DNA from: Hormiphora californensis
Taxonomy: Eukaryota > Animalia > Ctenophora
Length of the DNA: 64,000 nucleotides
Assembly (NCBI GenBank): GCA_020137815.1
Contig: CM035361.1
Coordinates: 682,001-746,000 of the forward strand
Reading direction: 5' to 3'
Positions 1 to 34,556 of the stretch are shown here, in pieces (position 1 is the first letter of the stretch; each line of letters opens with the position of its first letter). The notes below the pieces were generated by a model that was given only the letters and a program-made list of their open reading frames with translations, did not search any database and was not told the origin of the DNA. A program made the translations under genes and the position numbers.

Positions 1-2628
1 TTCCTCGGTTAGGACTCCCGTGGAAGGTGGCTGTGCCCCACCTGACCCAATCCCTACCCCAGTATACCTTACTCCAGGTGGAAAGGAGCCTGCCCCCCCT
101 AGGGATGTGCCCCACCCTGAACCGGCCAATTCCCTACTCAGGTAGGAAAGGTACCTACCCATCCGTGTGGCTGTGCCCCCAACCCTACCCACGTAGTTCC
201 TCCCGGTGAAAGGTAGCCTTCCCACCGTGGAGGGGCTGCCCCAACCCTACCCAAGTTGCCTCCTCCTGGAAAGGTAGCCTGCCCCTCCTGGTGCCCCGTC
301 CCACCCTACCCCAGTGGCTGTCCCGCCTGGAAGGGTGCCCACCCAACCCAGTTCCTTCCTCAGGTGGAAAGCAGTGCCCCACCGTGGAACAGCCTGTCCC
401 CTGGAAGGTAGCCTGCCCCGAAGTCGCTTACCCCAAACCCTACCCAATCCTCGCCAGGTGGAAAGCCAACCCACCCCATTCGTCTGGTCCCAACCTAACC
501 CCATCCTCCTGGAAGGTAGGCCCCAACCCCCCCATCGTGCTTGCCCAGGAACGTAACCCCCATCCTGTAGGTGGAAGGGCCCACCCACCCATCCCCACCT
601 ACGCCAAGCCTCCCGCTGGAGGTGGCTGTGCCCCAGTGACGTGCCCCAACCAGGGGCAGTACCTCCCCTCCGGCAGGTGGAGTGCCCCAACCTAACCCAA
701 TCCTCAGCCGTGGAAAGCTAGCCCCCTCCGTAGTGGCTGGCCCCAACCTAACCCCATTCCCTGTCAGGTGGAGAGCCTCCCCCTGGAAGGTGGCTGTGCC
801 CCAAACTAACCATCCTCCTGCAGGTGGAAGGTGCCTCCCCTAGGTGGGGCCCCAACCCTAACCCCAATCCTTCTCCGTGGAAAGGGTGCCTCCCCCGTAG
901 GCTTCCCCAACCTAACCCCAAGTTACCTCCCTGGAGGAGGCTGCCCAACCGAGGCCATTCTTCACCAAGCGAAAGGAGCCTTGCTCCTCGGTGGAGGTGG
1001 ACCGCCCGCCTGAGCCATTCCCTAACCAGTGGAAGGATAGCCTGCCCTGGTAGGTGGGTGCCCCAACCCAATCCGTCTGGTGGCAAAGGTAGCCATCCCT
1101 GCGTGGAGGTCCCACCTCCCAATTCCTACTGGTGGAAGGCCCGTCCTCGGCTAGGTGCTCCGCCAACGTACCCCCTTCCCAGCAGGTGGAAGGTAGCCAC
1201 CCCCATCCTCCTCGGGGTGCAACCCTACCCAATTCCTACTTCCGGTGGAGGTGCCCACCCTAACCAATTCCGTCCCACGAAGACCTCCTCACTAGGTGGT
1301 AGGTGCCCCCCCTAACGCCATTCCTCACCAGTGAAACGCTTCCTCCTCGGGGAAAGGAGTCCCCAACCCTGCACCGCTTGTCCCAACGGAACCCCAATCC
1401 GCTCCCAGGTGGAAGCTAGCCCCAACCCACCGCAATGCCTGCCCGGTGAAGGTCCTCCAACCCTAGGTGCTGCCACTCTGGCAGGTAGCCTTGCCCCAGG
1501 TAAGGGCTGCCCCAACGAAGCTGCCCAACCACCAATCCTGCACCCAGGGTAAGAGCCGCCTCCGTCCGTGTGTGCCAACTAACCCATACCCCAGGTGAGT
1601 GCCCCGCCCAACTAGAGTCGCCGTCGCAAGGTAGCCATCCTCATGGTGGAACGTACCCATTCCTCCTGAGACTTCCCACCCAGGCAGTCCTGCACCTGAC
1701 ATCCTGCCAGGTGGCTGTGCCCCACCCACCCCAATCCTTACTCAGGGGGAAAGGTAGCCTCCTCCGGTAGTGGTGGCTGGCCCCAACCTACCAACTTCAG
1801 GAAAGGTAGCCTGCCGCCGGTTTGGTGGTGCCCAAGCCAACCCCAATCGATCACTGGTGGAAAGTACTGCCCGTATCCTGGAGGTGGTGTCCCCACCTAC
1901 CCAATTCCTTCATTAGGTTAAAGGACTGTCCCGGTGGTGTGGCTGTGCCCAACCTTAATCCCAGTCTTATATGAGGATATAGTGTCCTCTGGAGTGGTTG
2001 GCCCTAACCCCCCCATCTTACACAGGTGGAAGTGTAGCTAACCGCCTGGTAGGTGGCTGTCCCAACCTAACTCCAACCTTAGGGAAAGGTACTCTCCTCT
2101 GAGGGCTGGTCCCAGCCCTAACCCCAATTCCTTAAAGGTGGAAAGGTCCGTCTCTGGTAGGTGCTAGTCCCAAATAGACTAAGTCGTATTGTGGATGGTT
2201 TGGCTTGGAGAAGGGGTTGTGCAGACCTATAAATAGTATTAGTAAGGTCTGCCTTATGGTGTTTACGAAATTACTGTGTGTTGTTTTGTTTGGTTGGATT
2301 TTAGATGATCTGTCGGTGTTGGTTTATGTGCGCCAATGCTACATAAGGCCTGACTTTTAAAGCGATTGATACAAGTCCAACATAGTCTAACTCAGGGGAT
2401 CTTAACTTAAATGTGCAACTCTAACCAAACAAGGTAAAGGTAGGGCTCATCCGATGAAATCTAATAACCTAAAAAAAAAAATTTTTTTTTTTTTCCCAAC
2501 CTACCCATTCCTTACTCAGTGAAAGGTAGCCATCTGGGTAGGTGGGTTGCACGACCGGATTGGTTCATAGGGTGAAGGATTTGTACCGCTGAGGTCGGGT
2601 GGTGCCCAAAATACCAGGGGTTAGTCAC

Positions 2629-2673
<45 letters not shown>

Positions 2674-2690
2674 ACCTAACCTAACCAATT
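1..2690. other. Low-quality (likely unpolished long-read) duplicate of the 68-bp satellite, LDLa exon and following intron
   Basis: 1-~2170 is an indel-riddled version of the 68-bp unit. ~2170-2410 is a garbled, collinear copy of 6685-7000 (e.g. 'ggatggtttgg...gcagacctataaat', 'agtccaacatagtctaactcagggga'). Long A/T homopolymer runs occur at 2471-2494 and 2628-2673. Confidence 0.75.
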
Positions 2691-5600
2691 CCTTCATCAG
2701 GTGGAAAGGTAGCCTGCCGCTGTAGTGGCTGGCCCCAACCCTAACCCAATTCCCTCACTCAGGTGGAAAGGTAGCCTGTCCTCCTGGTAGGAGGTGGCTG
2801 TGCCCCAACCCTAACCCCAATTCCTTCACTCAGGTGGAAAGGTAGCCTGTCCCTCCTGGTAGGTGGCTGTGCCCCAACCCTAACCCCAATTCCTTCACTC
2901 AGGTGGAAAGGTAGCCTGCCCGCCTGGTAGGTGGCTGTGCCCCAACCCTAACCCCAATTCCTTCACTCAGGTGGAAAGGTAGCCTGCCCGCCTGGTAGGT
3001 GGCTGTGCCCCAACCCTAACCCCAATTCCTTCACTCAGGTGGAAAGGTAGCCTGCCCGCCTGGTAGGTGGCTGTGCCCCAACCCTAACCCCAATTCCTTC
3101 ACTCAGGTGGAAAGGTAGCCTGCCCGCCTGGTAGGTGGCTGTGCCCCAACCCTAACCCCAATTCCTTCACTCAGGTGGAAAGGTAGCCTGCCCGCCTGGT
3201 AGGTGGCTGTGCCCCAACCCTAACCCCAATTCCTTCACTCAGGTGGAAAGGTAGCCTGCCCGCCTGGTAGGTGGCTGTGCCCCAACCCTAACCCCAATTC
3301 CTTCACTCAGGTGGAAAGGTAGCCTGCCCGCCTGGTAGGTGGCTGTGCCCCAACCCTAACCCCAATTCCTTCACTCAGGTGGAAAGGTAGCCTGCCCTCC
3401 TGGTAGGTGGCTGTGCCCCAACCCTAACCCCAATTCCTTCACTCAGGTGGAAAGGTAGCCTGCCCGCCTGGTAGGTGGCTGTGCCCCAACCCTAACCCCA
3501 ATTCCTTCACTCAGGTGGAAAGGTAGCCTGCCCGCCTGGTAGGTGGCTGTGCCCCAACCCTAACCCCAATTCCTTCACTCAGGTGGAAAGGTAGCCTGCC
3601 CTCCTGGTAGGTGGCTGTGCCCCAACCCTAACCCCAATTCCTTCACTCAGGTGGAAAGGTAGCCTGCCCGCCTGGTAGGTGGCTGTGCCCCAACCCTAAC
3701 CCCAATTCCTTCACTCAGGTGGAAAGGTAGCCTGTCCTCCTGGTAGGTGGCTGTGCCCCAACCCTAACCCCAATTCCTTCACTCAGGTGGAAAGGTAGCC
3801 TGCCCGCCTGGTAGGTGGCTGTGCCCCAACCCTAACCCCAATTCCTTCACTCAGGTGGAAAGGTAGCCTGTCCCTCCTGGTAGGTGGCTGTGCCCCAACC
3901 CTAACCCCAATTCCTTCACTCAGGTGGAAAGGTAGCCTGCCCGCCTGGTAGGTGGCTGTGCCCCAACCCTAACCCCAATTCCTTCACTCAGGTGGAAAGG
4001 TAGCCTGCCCGCCTGGTAGGTGGCTGTGCCCCAACCCTAACCCCAATTCCTTCACTCAGGTGGAAAGGTAGCCTGCCCGCCTGGTAGGTGGCTGTGCCCC
4101 AACCCTAACCCCAATTCCTTCACTCAGGTGGAAAGGTAGCCTGCCCGCCTGGTAGGTGGCTGTGCCCCAACCCTAACCCCAATTCCTTCACTCAGGTGGA
4201 AAGGTAGCCTGCCCTCCTGGTAGGTGGCTGTGCCCCAACCCTAACCCCAATTCCTTCACTCAGGTGGAAAGGTAGCCTGCCCGCCTGGTAGGTGGCTGTG
4301 CCCCAACCCTAACCCCAATTCCTTCACTCAGGTGGAAAGGTAGCCTGCCCTCCTGGTAGGTGGCTGTGCCCCAACCCTAACCCCAATTCCTTCACTCAGG
4401 TGGAAAGGTAGCCTGCCCTCCTGGTAGGTGGCTGTGCCCCAACCCTAACCCCAATTCCTTCACTCAGGTGGAAAGGTAGCCTGCCCGCCTGGTAGGTGGC
4501 TGTGCCCCAACCCTAACCCCAATTCCTTCACTCAGGTGGAAAGGTAGCCTGCCCGCCTGGTAGGTGGCTGTGCCCCAACCCTAACCCCAATTCCTTCACT
4601 CAGGTGGAAAGGTAGCCTGCCCGCCTGGTAGGTGGCTGTGCCCCAACCCTAACCCCAATTCCTTCACTCAGGTGGAAAGGTAGCCTGCCCGCCTGGTAGG
4701 TGGCTGTGCCCCAACCCTAACCCCAATTCCTTCACTCAGGTGGAAAGGTAGCCTGCCCGCCTGGTAGGTGGCTGTGCCCCAACCCTAACCCCAATTCCTT
4801 CACTCAGGTGGAAAGGTAGCCTGCCCGCCTGGTAGGTGGCTGTGCCCCAACCCTAACCCCAATTCCTTCACTCAGGTGGAAAGGTAGCCTGCCCGCCTGG
4901 TAGGTGGCTGTGCCCCAACCCTAACCCCAATTCCTTCACTCAGGTGGAAAGGTAGCCTGCCCGCCTGGTAGGTGGCTGTGCCCCAACCCTAACCCCAATT
5001 CCTTCACTCAGGTGGAAAGGTAGCCTGCCCTCCTGGTAGGTGGCTGTGCCCCAACCCTAACCCCAATTCCTTCACTCAGGTGGAAAGGTAGCCTGCCCGC
5101 CTGGTAGGTGGCTGTGCCCCAACCCTAACCCCAATTCCTTCACTCAGGTGGAAAGGTAGCCTGCCCTCCTGGTAGGTGGCTGTGCCCCAACCCTAACCCC
5201 AATTCCTTCACTCAGGTGGAAAGGTAGCCTGCCCGCCTGGTAGGTGGCTGTGCCCCAACCCTAACCCCAATTCCTTCACTCAGGTGGAAAGGTAGCCTGC
5301 CCGCCTGGTAGGTGGCTGTGCCCCAACCCTAACCCCAATTCCTTCACTCAGGTGGAAAGGTAGCCTGCCCTCCTGGTAGGTGGCTGTGCCCCAACCCTAA
5401 CCCCAATTCCTTCACTCAGGTGGAAAGGTAGCCTGCCCGCCTGGTAGGTGGCTGTGCCCCAACCCTAACCCCAATTCCTTCACTCAGGTGGAAAGGTAGC
5501 CTGTCCCTCCTGGTAGGTGGCTGTGCCCCAACCCTAACCCCAATTCCTTCACTCAGGTGGAAAGGTAGCCTGCCCTCCTGGTAGGTGGCTGTGCCCCAAC

Positions 5601-6644
5601 CCTAACCCCAATTCCTTCACTCAGGTGGAAAGGTAGCCTGCCCGCCTGGTAGGTGGCTGTGCCCCAACCCTAACCCCAATTCCTTCACTCAGGTGGAAAG
5701 GTAGCCTGCCCGCCTGGTAGGTGGCTGTGCCCCAACCCTAACCCCAATTCCTTCACTCAGGTGGAAAGGTAGCCTGCCCGCCTGGTAGGTGGCTGTGCCC
5801 CAACCCTAACCCCAATTCCTTCACTCAGGTGGAAAGGTAGCCTGCCCGCCTGGTAGGTGGCTGTGCCCCAACCCTAACCCCAATTCCTTCACTCAGGTGG
5901 AAAGGTAGCCTGCCCGCCTGGTAGGTGGCTGTGCCCCAACCCTAACCCCAATTCCTTCACTCAGGTGGAAAGGTAGCCTGCCCTCCTGGTAGGTGGCTGT
6001 GCCCCAACCCTAACCCCAATTCCTTCACTCAGGTGGAAAGGTAGCCTGCCCGCCTGGTAGGTGGCTGTGCCCCAACCCTAACCCCAATTCCTTCACTCAG
6101 GTGGAAAGGTAGCCTGCCCGCCTGGTAGGTGGCTGTGCCCCAACCCTAACCCCAATTCCTTCACTCAGGTGGAAAGGTAGCCTGCCCGCCTGGTAGGTGG
6201 CTGTGCCCCAACCCTAACCCCAATTCCTTCACTCAGGTGGAAAGGTAGCCTGCCCGCCTGGTAGGTGGCTGTGCCCCAACCCTAACCCCAATTCCTTCAC
6301 TCAGGTGGAAAGGTAGCCTGCCCGCCTGGTAGGTGGCTGTGCCCCAACCCTAACCCCAATTCCTTCACTCAGGTGGAAAGGTAGCCTGCCCGCCTGGTAG
6401 GTGGCTGTGCCCCAACCCTAACCCCAATTCCTTCACTCAGGTGGAAAGGTAGCCTGTCCTCCTGGTAGGTGGTTGTGCCCCAACCCTAACCCCAATTCCT
6501 TCACTCAGGTGGAAAGGTAGCCTGCCCGCCTGGTAGGTGGCTGTGCCGCAACCCTAACCCCAATTCCTTCACTCAGGTGGAAAGGTAGCCTGCCCTCCTG
6601 GTAGGTGGCTGTGCCCCGACCCTAACCCCAATTCCTTCACTCAG

Positions 6645-28457
<21,813 letters not shown>

Positions 28458-28984
28458 TCGCTGTGGAGATATAGCAAATGGAGAATAGATCAACCCTGAT
28501 ATTATATTGACTGGATGATTATAGGGATCATTGGACATAATATTGACCTTTCACAGCATATTTGGCTTGACATATAATTGACCGATTACTTTAGCACTAG
28601 CAAATATTTTTATGTACTGACCGCAGGTGCCTAAAATTAATGTATTTCTAGACATTTACCGTTTATTTATATAAACTGTTATACTCTATAAATTCAGCGG
28701 GTTTATACTCATTGATGGATGGCCTAATCAAAATACTGACTTTTTATATAACTATAATTGGTCTATCTATCCCTTTACTTTGTACTTTGGTGCTACTCAA
28801 GAGAGACTGGGCCCTGAGAGGGACAGAATATCCGATCAACCAATACTTACCTTGACTATTAATTGACACGACAAGAGTATATTTTGTACTCTTGGAATTT
28901 TTAAGGTGTTTTTTATAATTGAGAGGAGTGCTATTATACAAAATTAAACTCTCTCTCTCCACTCGCTCTCTCTCCTATTCCCCC

Positions 28985-30098
28985 TCTCTCTCTCTCTCTC
29001 TCTCTAGACTCTATCTCTTCCCTTCTATCTAAACTACTATCGAAAACTGGATCACGCGATCTAACTGGTAAAAAACGGACATAAAGAAATCAGATCTGAA
29101 TAATTAATGAAATACATAAATAAATAAATTAATAAATAAATAAATAAATAACTAAAAATCTGGTTAAATCTGTCATCTCTTCTTTAAATTAATAGTCGGT
29201 TTCAATCTATGAATAAATGACGCTTCAATAATTTTCCTGTATAACATTTTAGTCTCAGTTGCTAATATACTAAAGCTAAGATTCGGAGTGGTGTTTGGGT
29301 GGAAGGTACTGTAATGGAGTGCAGGGCTTTCTCTCTGTACGACTTCGCTGAGGAGAATTCGCACAGCGAAGATGCTCAGAGAGTCTTTCCTTGGCAGTCC
29401 TGCCCGTTTCTCCTACATACATTTCGCCACATAACACACACTCAATTTTATAAACAGGGGCAATAATTTGACAATGTCCGTCTGTAAGGATAGGGCAAAT
29501 TTTACAGTTCGCTAGATGGCAAGTTGGTAGTCCATCTCTAGGTCTAGAGACCTAGATTTGTAGACTTAGATTATTAGATTTTGTTATTAGCCATTTTAGT
29601 TATTTAGTTATTTATTTAGTTATTTAGTTATTTAGTTATTAGTACTTATTTTTTAGTCTTATATTAGTATTGCAGTGTGTGTACAGCTATGTGATTTGAT
29701 TTTAACCAATTTTCCAAATTTTGTAGGCTGAGGAAGATGTTGTAACATCGAAACTGTTCGTTAATAAAAACACGCTTTTCATTTTGTCCGATTGATTGAA
29801 GCCGGAAGGAGATATCATCCCAACAAACAATTAAAATCTTTACGTGCATGAAATAGTTCCTCATATCAAAATCAACTCGCTATGTAGCTATTAATCAATT
29901 ATTTAAATTTAACACTATTTATACTGCAGCAGACACGGTGTGTGAGAACAAGGGTGAATACTGTGAGGTCTGGGCGGAAAAGGGACACTGTGATAACCCA
30001 TACGTAACACTGAACTGTGCTCTGGCCTGTAAACTGTGTGTACCCAACGAAATTAATGCAGGTATGGAAACTTTTTATGTGAACCCTTCCCCAACAAA
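28985..30098 (+). repeat. ~1.1-kb duplicate of ~25330-26460 (Penelope part plus orphan ShKT exon at 29930-30061)
   Basis: Near-identical sequence differing mostly by single-base deletions. Bounded by (CT)n tracts on both sides. Confidence 0.9.
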
Positions 30099-30417
30099 AA
30101 GTCTCTCTCTCTCTCTCTCCCATATAATTTACCTCTATCTCTGTTTCTTTTCCTCCCCTCCCTCTCGTCTCTCTTTATCCCTCGTTCTCTTTCTTTCTTT
30201 CTCTCCATCCTCTTTTCTAAGCTGTCACACGAAATATGGTACATCCGCCTCTTGGCACTCCACCCCTCCATGCACACTTTAGACGCACTGTACTGTCACT
30301 ACCAGTAAACTTCCAGTAAGGCAGGATTAGGGGAACTGTACTGTATCTACCAGTAAACATTCAGTGAGGCAGGAACTGTGTTCTACCAGTGAAGATTTGA
30401 ATGTTGATGGTCGTATA

Positions 30418-31935
30418 CAAGGTGGCCCATAAATTATGATAGCGGGGGACGAGCCGTACCTCCGAAACGGTGATAGTTGTGCAAAAACAAACTACGGGAA
30501 CATGCTGGAACAATTCCTGGACGACTTTTTGCAAATTATGAAATTTTTATTCAAAAATTCATTTTTCATTCATGAACTTTCTACACGTTCATTAATGAAT
30601 TAAGGACTCTAATTTACCGAGAGTTGGGCATTTTGTTTGGGTTGAATTTATCTTTCCAATGAGCACCATAAAATTCAAATTGAAGCACCAGGTCACATGG
30701 CAGTTGAGAAAATGCACATGAATGATTTTGGCTCTTCCTGCGACTTTCAATCGGCTGTATCACGGCTACCTTTTGTTCAATCTTTTTAAAAATTTGGGAG
30801 AACATCGGATAAACAAAGATCTTTCCCCACAAGAAAAATCAAGGTCAAAACTCAAAGTTCATTTTTAAGTGTTGGTAGTTCATTCCACTCATTCAGGAAC
30901 AAACATCCCTAAAGTGATGAAAAGTGATGTTTTTTGTTTGGCCGATACCCTGCAATGATAGAGAGGTGTAAAATACGTTTCCGGGCTAGTTAGTGAGTGT
31001 CCATGTGATCAAGATGATATCTGACACCTTTTCTGAGCCATAATTAAGGGATTTTCTCAAATGCAAGCATGTGATTTGAGTTTTTGCGATTGGTATCGTG
31101 CAGCAATGTTGAGAGATCTCATAGCACCTCAAAAATTATGATTAGTTCAATGAAAAGAGTTGATTTATGATAGAAAAGATTAAAACAGACGTCAATATGA
31201 ACTAAACGATAATTTTCGATCATAAATCAACTCCTTTCATTGAACTAATCATAATTTTTGAGGTGCTATGAGATCTCTCAACATTGCTGCACGATACCAA
31301 TCGTGAAAACTCAAATCACATGCTTGCATTTGAGAAAATCCCTTAATTATGGCTCAGAAAAGGTGTCAGATATCATCTTGATCACATGGACACTCATTAA
31401 CTAGCCCGGAAACGTATTTTTACACCTCTCTATCATTGCAGGGTATCGGCCAAACAAAAAACATCACTTTTCATCACTTTAGGGATGTTTGTTCCTGAAT
31501 GAGTGGAATGAACTACCAACACTTAAAAATGAACTTTGAGTTTTGACCTTGATTTTTCTTGTGAGGAAAGATCTTTGTTTATCCGATGTTCTCCTAAATT
31601 TTTAAAAAGATTGAACAAAAGGTAGCCGTGATACAGCCGATTGAAAGTCGCAGGAAGAGCCAAAATCATTCATGTGCATTTTCTCAACTGCCATGTGACC
31701 TGGTGCTTCAATTTGAATTTTATGGTGCTCATTGGAAAGATAAATTCAACCCAAACAAAATGCCCAATGTAGAAAGTTCATGAATGAAAAATGAACTTTT
31801 GAATAAAAATTTCATAATTTGCAAAAAGTCGTCCAGGAATTGTTCCAGCATGTTCCCGTAGTTTGTTTTTGCACAACTATCACCGTTTCGGAGGCACGGC
31901 TCGTCCCCCGCTATCATAATTTATGGGCCACCTTG
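30418..31935. mobile_element. 1.5-kb foldback non-autonomous Tc1/mariner-type element
   Basis: TA|CAAGGTGGCCCATAAATTATG ... CATAATTTATGGGCCACCTTG|TA. Arms ~720-760 bp, spacer ~31176-31212. Confidence 0.9.
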
Positions 31936-32640
31936 TACATACTTGAAAGGAAATTGAAACTATCTACAATTTTTTGATGGTCGTATGCCCCCCCCCCTCC
32001 TATATAATGCATTATGAATAGTCCACTCTGTTCCTTGAAACTAATATATATGCGAAAAACAATTTTACTTTTTAAGGCCGGAATCCTCTCAACCACAGAA
32101 TGCATTATTTATTGCGCAACAACCGTATGGGCTGAAAAGTTTCAATATAGTTTTATGTACAAATGAACTTTCAAGAATTTATATACTGTCTTAGCGACGT
32201 GAAGCTAAAAGGTTTTATATTGCTTGTCAAACGATATATAATATGTTTCTTAATGCATCCATTTCTTTACGTCCATGTCTCTCTACTTTTCTTTAATCTT
32301 TACCTCTCTTCCCCATCTCTAGCTCTCTCCGTTTATCTCGAGATGAATCTGTTTCCCCCACCAAAGGACCGCACCCATATACCTCCTAAATAGTTTAGTG
32401 TTTCTATCGCTACCAACTCTAAATAAAACGAGCTATTGCCTATTATGATTAACGAATACTAATAACTAAAACTTCAAAATATAGAATGCTCGGATCGGCA
32501 ATTTCTAATAACAATAACAATAACGGATATTGCAAAATAGTAGTTTCAATGAAATATACTATAGGTTATTGATGGAAGGGCGGAACAATAGGGGACACAG
32601 CTGGTGTCCATAGAAATACAGGCTGTTCAGGATTGTTCTA

Positions 32641-32704
<64 letters not shown>

Positions 32705-33178
32705 CCTCTCTCCCTCTCTCTCCCTCTCTTTCTCTTTCCCTCTCTCTCCTTCTCTATGCTCTTTTTCTTTCTCTCCTAATTTCTCCGTCACCCCACTACA
32801 ATGTCAAACTAAGCAGATGTGGGTAGCTGAGTTCACTCCCGCGATGTATCTAATCGATCCCTAGTTTAATATCGTTATGGTATCTTCATCTGGTTTCATT
32901 ATTAATTAGTAAACTTAATTAATCTAGTTAAACTAGATCCAGATCTTTATTAACAAATGTGAGAGTACTCTGAGAGAAAGAGAGAGAGAGAAACAAATTG
33001 CGAAATGTTGAGATAGTAGTTTAGTTAAAACCACAACGATTTAGTCGTTACAGGGTTGCAGCTATTAAAAGTAAAATCACGAAACTAGAGCTCAGGTAGG
33101 TGAATGGTCGAGGTCAGGTAAATTTAGATGTCAATATCAGATAAATCTAGATATCGAGGTCAGATAAAAGGTCGCTAG

Positions 33179-33287
33179 CAGGAACCGACCGAAACAAGTA
33201 AACAACCAATCAGAACTCGTTATTTAGGTCACGTGACTGGTTATTAGCCAATCAGGGACCAGTATTTCCTGGTTCGGTCGGTTCCTG
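33179..33287 (+). mobile_element. 109-bp hAT-type MITE, copy 2
   Basis: Same TIRs as copy 1. 8-bp TSD GTCGCTAG at 33171-33178 and 33288-33295. Confidence 0.93.
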
Positions 33288-34103
33288 GTCGCTAGGTTGT
33301 AAAACAGGGCCTGTACAGTAGTATAGTGTGCACAGTTGGGACCCCTTTTTTGCCCTAACTGGGGCACCATTTTGTATGAACATATCACGCGACTTCTGAT
33401 TACCAAAATTATGCGGCGCTGGCAAGAGTTGTTCACTAGGATATTAGGAGCTCCGGCAAGGGGCCATGGAACAAGTTTGGCGCTGACAAGGGCCCACATT
33501 CGCGATTGAGATTTCTGTATGATGTCAATTTTTGTTTGGGATTTCTGTGTGATCTCACCCCTATCACATTACACTCCTACACAATGCATATAACTTTCTC
33601 TCTCTTTTCTCGTGCCAGGTGTTCTGATACAAATAATAAATTTACTCCAGCGTTCCTCTAATGTTCTTTTGTTATTCTTACCGTTCCAGTGACTTTTCGC
33701 TAGAAAGGAACGAGACGGGAACGGTGAAAATTACAAAAGAACAGCAACGGAACGTGTTTTCGTTAGATAGGAAAAGTTGGAAAATACAAAAGAACAGTGG
33801 AAATTAGAACGGAACAACAGCGGAACGACGGCGGAACAGTAAAATGTTGCAAAATTTTTCATAAACGAAAACATGCAGTAGATACACATAAACTAGGAAA
33901 CGTATTTTTACACAGGTGTTCTAAAAATGATTTTGTCGTTACTTTATCATTCGTAGTGTTCTTTTGGTGTTCCGGTGACTTTTCATTAAAAAGGAACGAA
34001 ATGGAAACAGTGAAAATTACAAAAGAACAACAACGGAACATATTGTGATTCACTGGAACAACACCGGAACAACACCAGAACAGTAAAATAGCTAGTTTGG
34101 AAC

Positions 34104-34110
34104 TATAAAA
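34104..34110 (+). promoter_or_regulatory. TATA box of mini-Polinton ORF1 (further TATA boxes at 34523-34529 for ORF2 and 35638-35645 for ORF3)
   Basis: TATAAAA, TATATAA and TATATAAA lie 34-41 nt upstream of the three ATGs. ORF1 and ORF2 share an initiator-like TTCATTTCT before the ATG. Confidence 0.7.
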
Positions 34111-34144
34111 GAGATTGCTTATTGCGTTCAATTCATTTCTAGTC

Positions 34145-34498
34145 ATGCCGAGATCTAATACGCGTCACGAGTCGTCTAAGAAAATGGGCTTAAGTGATAT
34201 TTCAGATCCAGAGTCTGACTCAGATATATCTCAATCTGATAGCGAATCTTCGGACCGAGAAAATACATACCAATGCTTGCTACACTGCTTTGCTTTCAAG
34301 CACGATCTTATTGACGCTGATATCAGCAAAGCTGATCTAACAGATCGCGAGAAACTTCTTGTGGACGCCATTAAGGAATCAAACTCATTAATTGAAATTC
34401 GTGAAATGCTAAACCAGAACCCAGAAATGTTTGATAATATTACGAACAAGCTGTTTCCGGAAACCTATGAAAATAAATGTCCTAACTGCAGTAACTAG
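34145..34498 (+). CDS. Mini-Polinton ORF1, 117 aa: acidic Ser/Asp tract, helical domain, C-terminal CxxC
   Basis: ATG at 34145 downstream of the TATA box. Open to TAG. The C-terminal part aligns by eye with ORF2. Confidence 0.7.
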   Translation: MPRSNTRHESSKKMGLSDISDPESDSDISQSDSESSDRENTYQCLLHCFAFKHDLIDADISKADLTDREKLLVDAIKESNSLIEIREMLNQNPEMFDNITNKLFPETYENKCPNCSN

Positions 34499-34556
34499 TT
34501 TCTTTCGATGTCATGCCATGGGTATATAAGGGACAACTATCTTCATTTCTTTACAA

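Noticed and set aside
1-2690. Many Pro/Gly/Trp-rich ORFs and an apparently 'older, diverged' satellite block
   Set aside because: The ORFs are translations of a noisy copy of the 68-bp repeat. Random indels, homopolymer junk and a garbled copy of the downstream exon and intron point to read error rather than evolution.
33224-33499. ORF MWALVSAKLVPWPLAG... also at 36597-36827 and overlapping 36434-36760
   Set aside because: It lies in the TIRs and runs out into different flanking DNA at each end. The duplication only reflects the inverted repeat.
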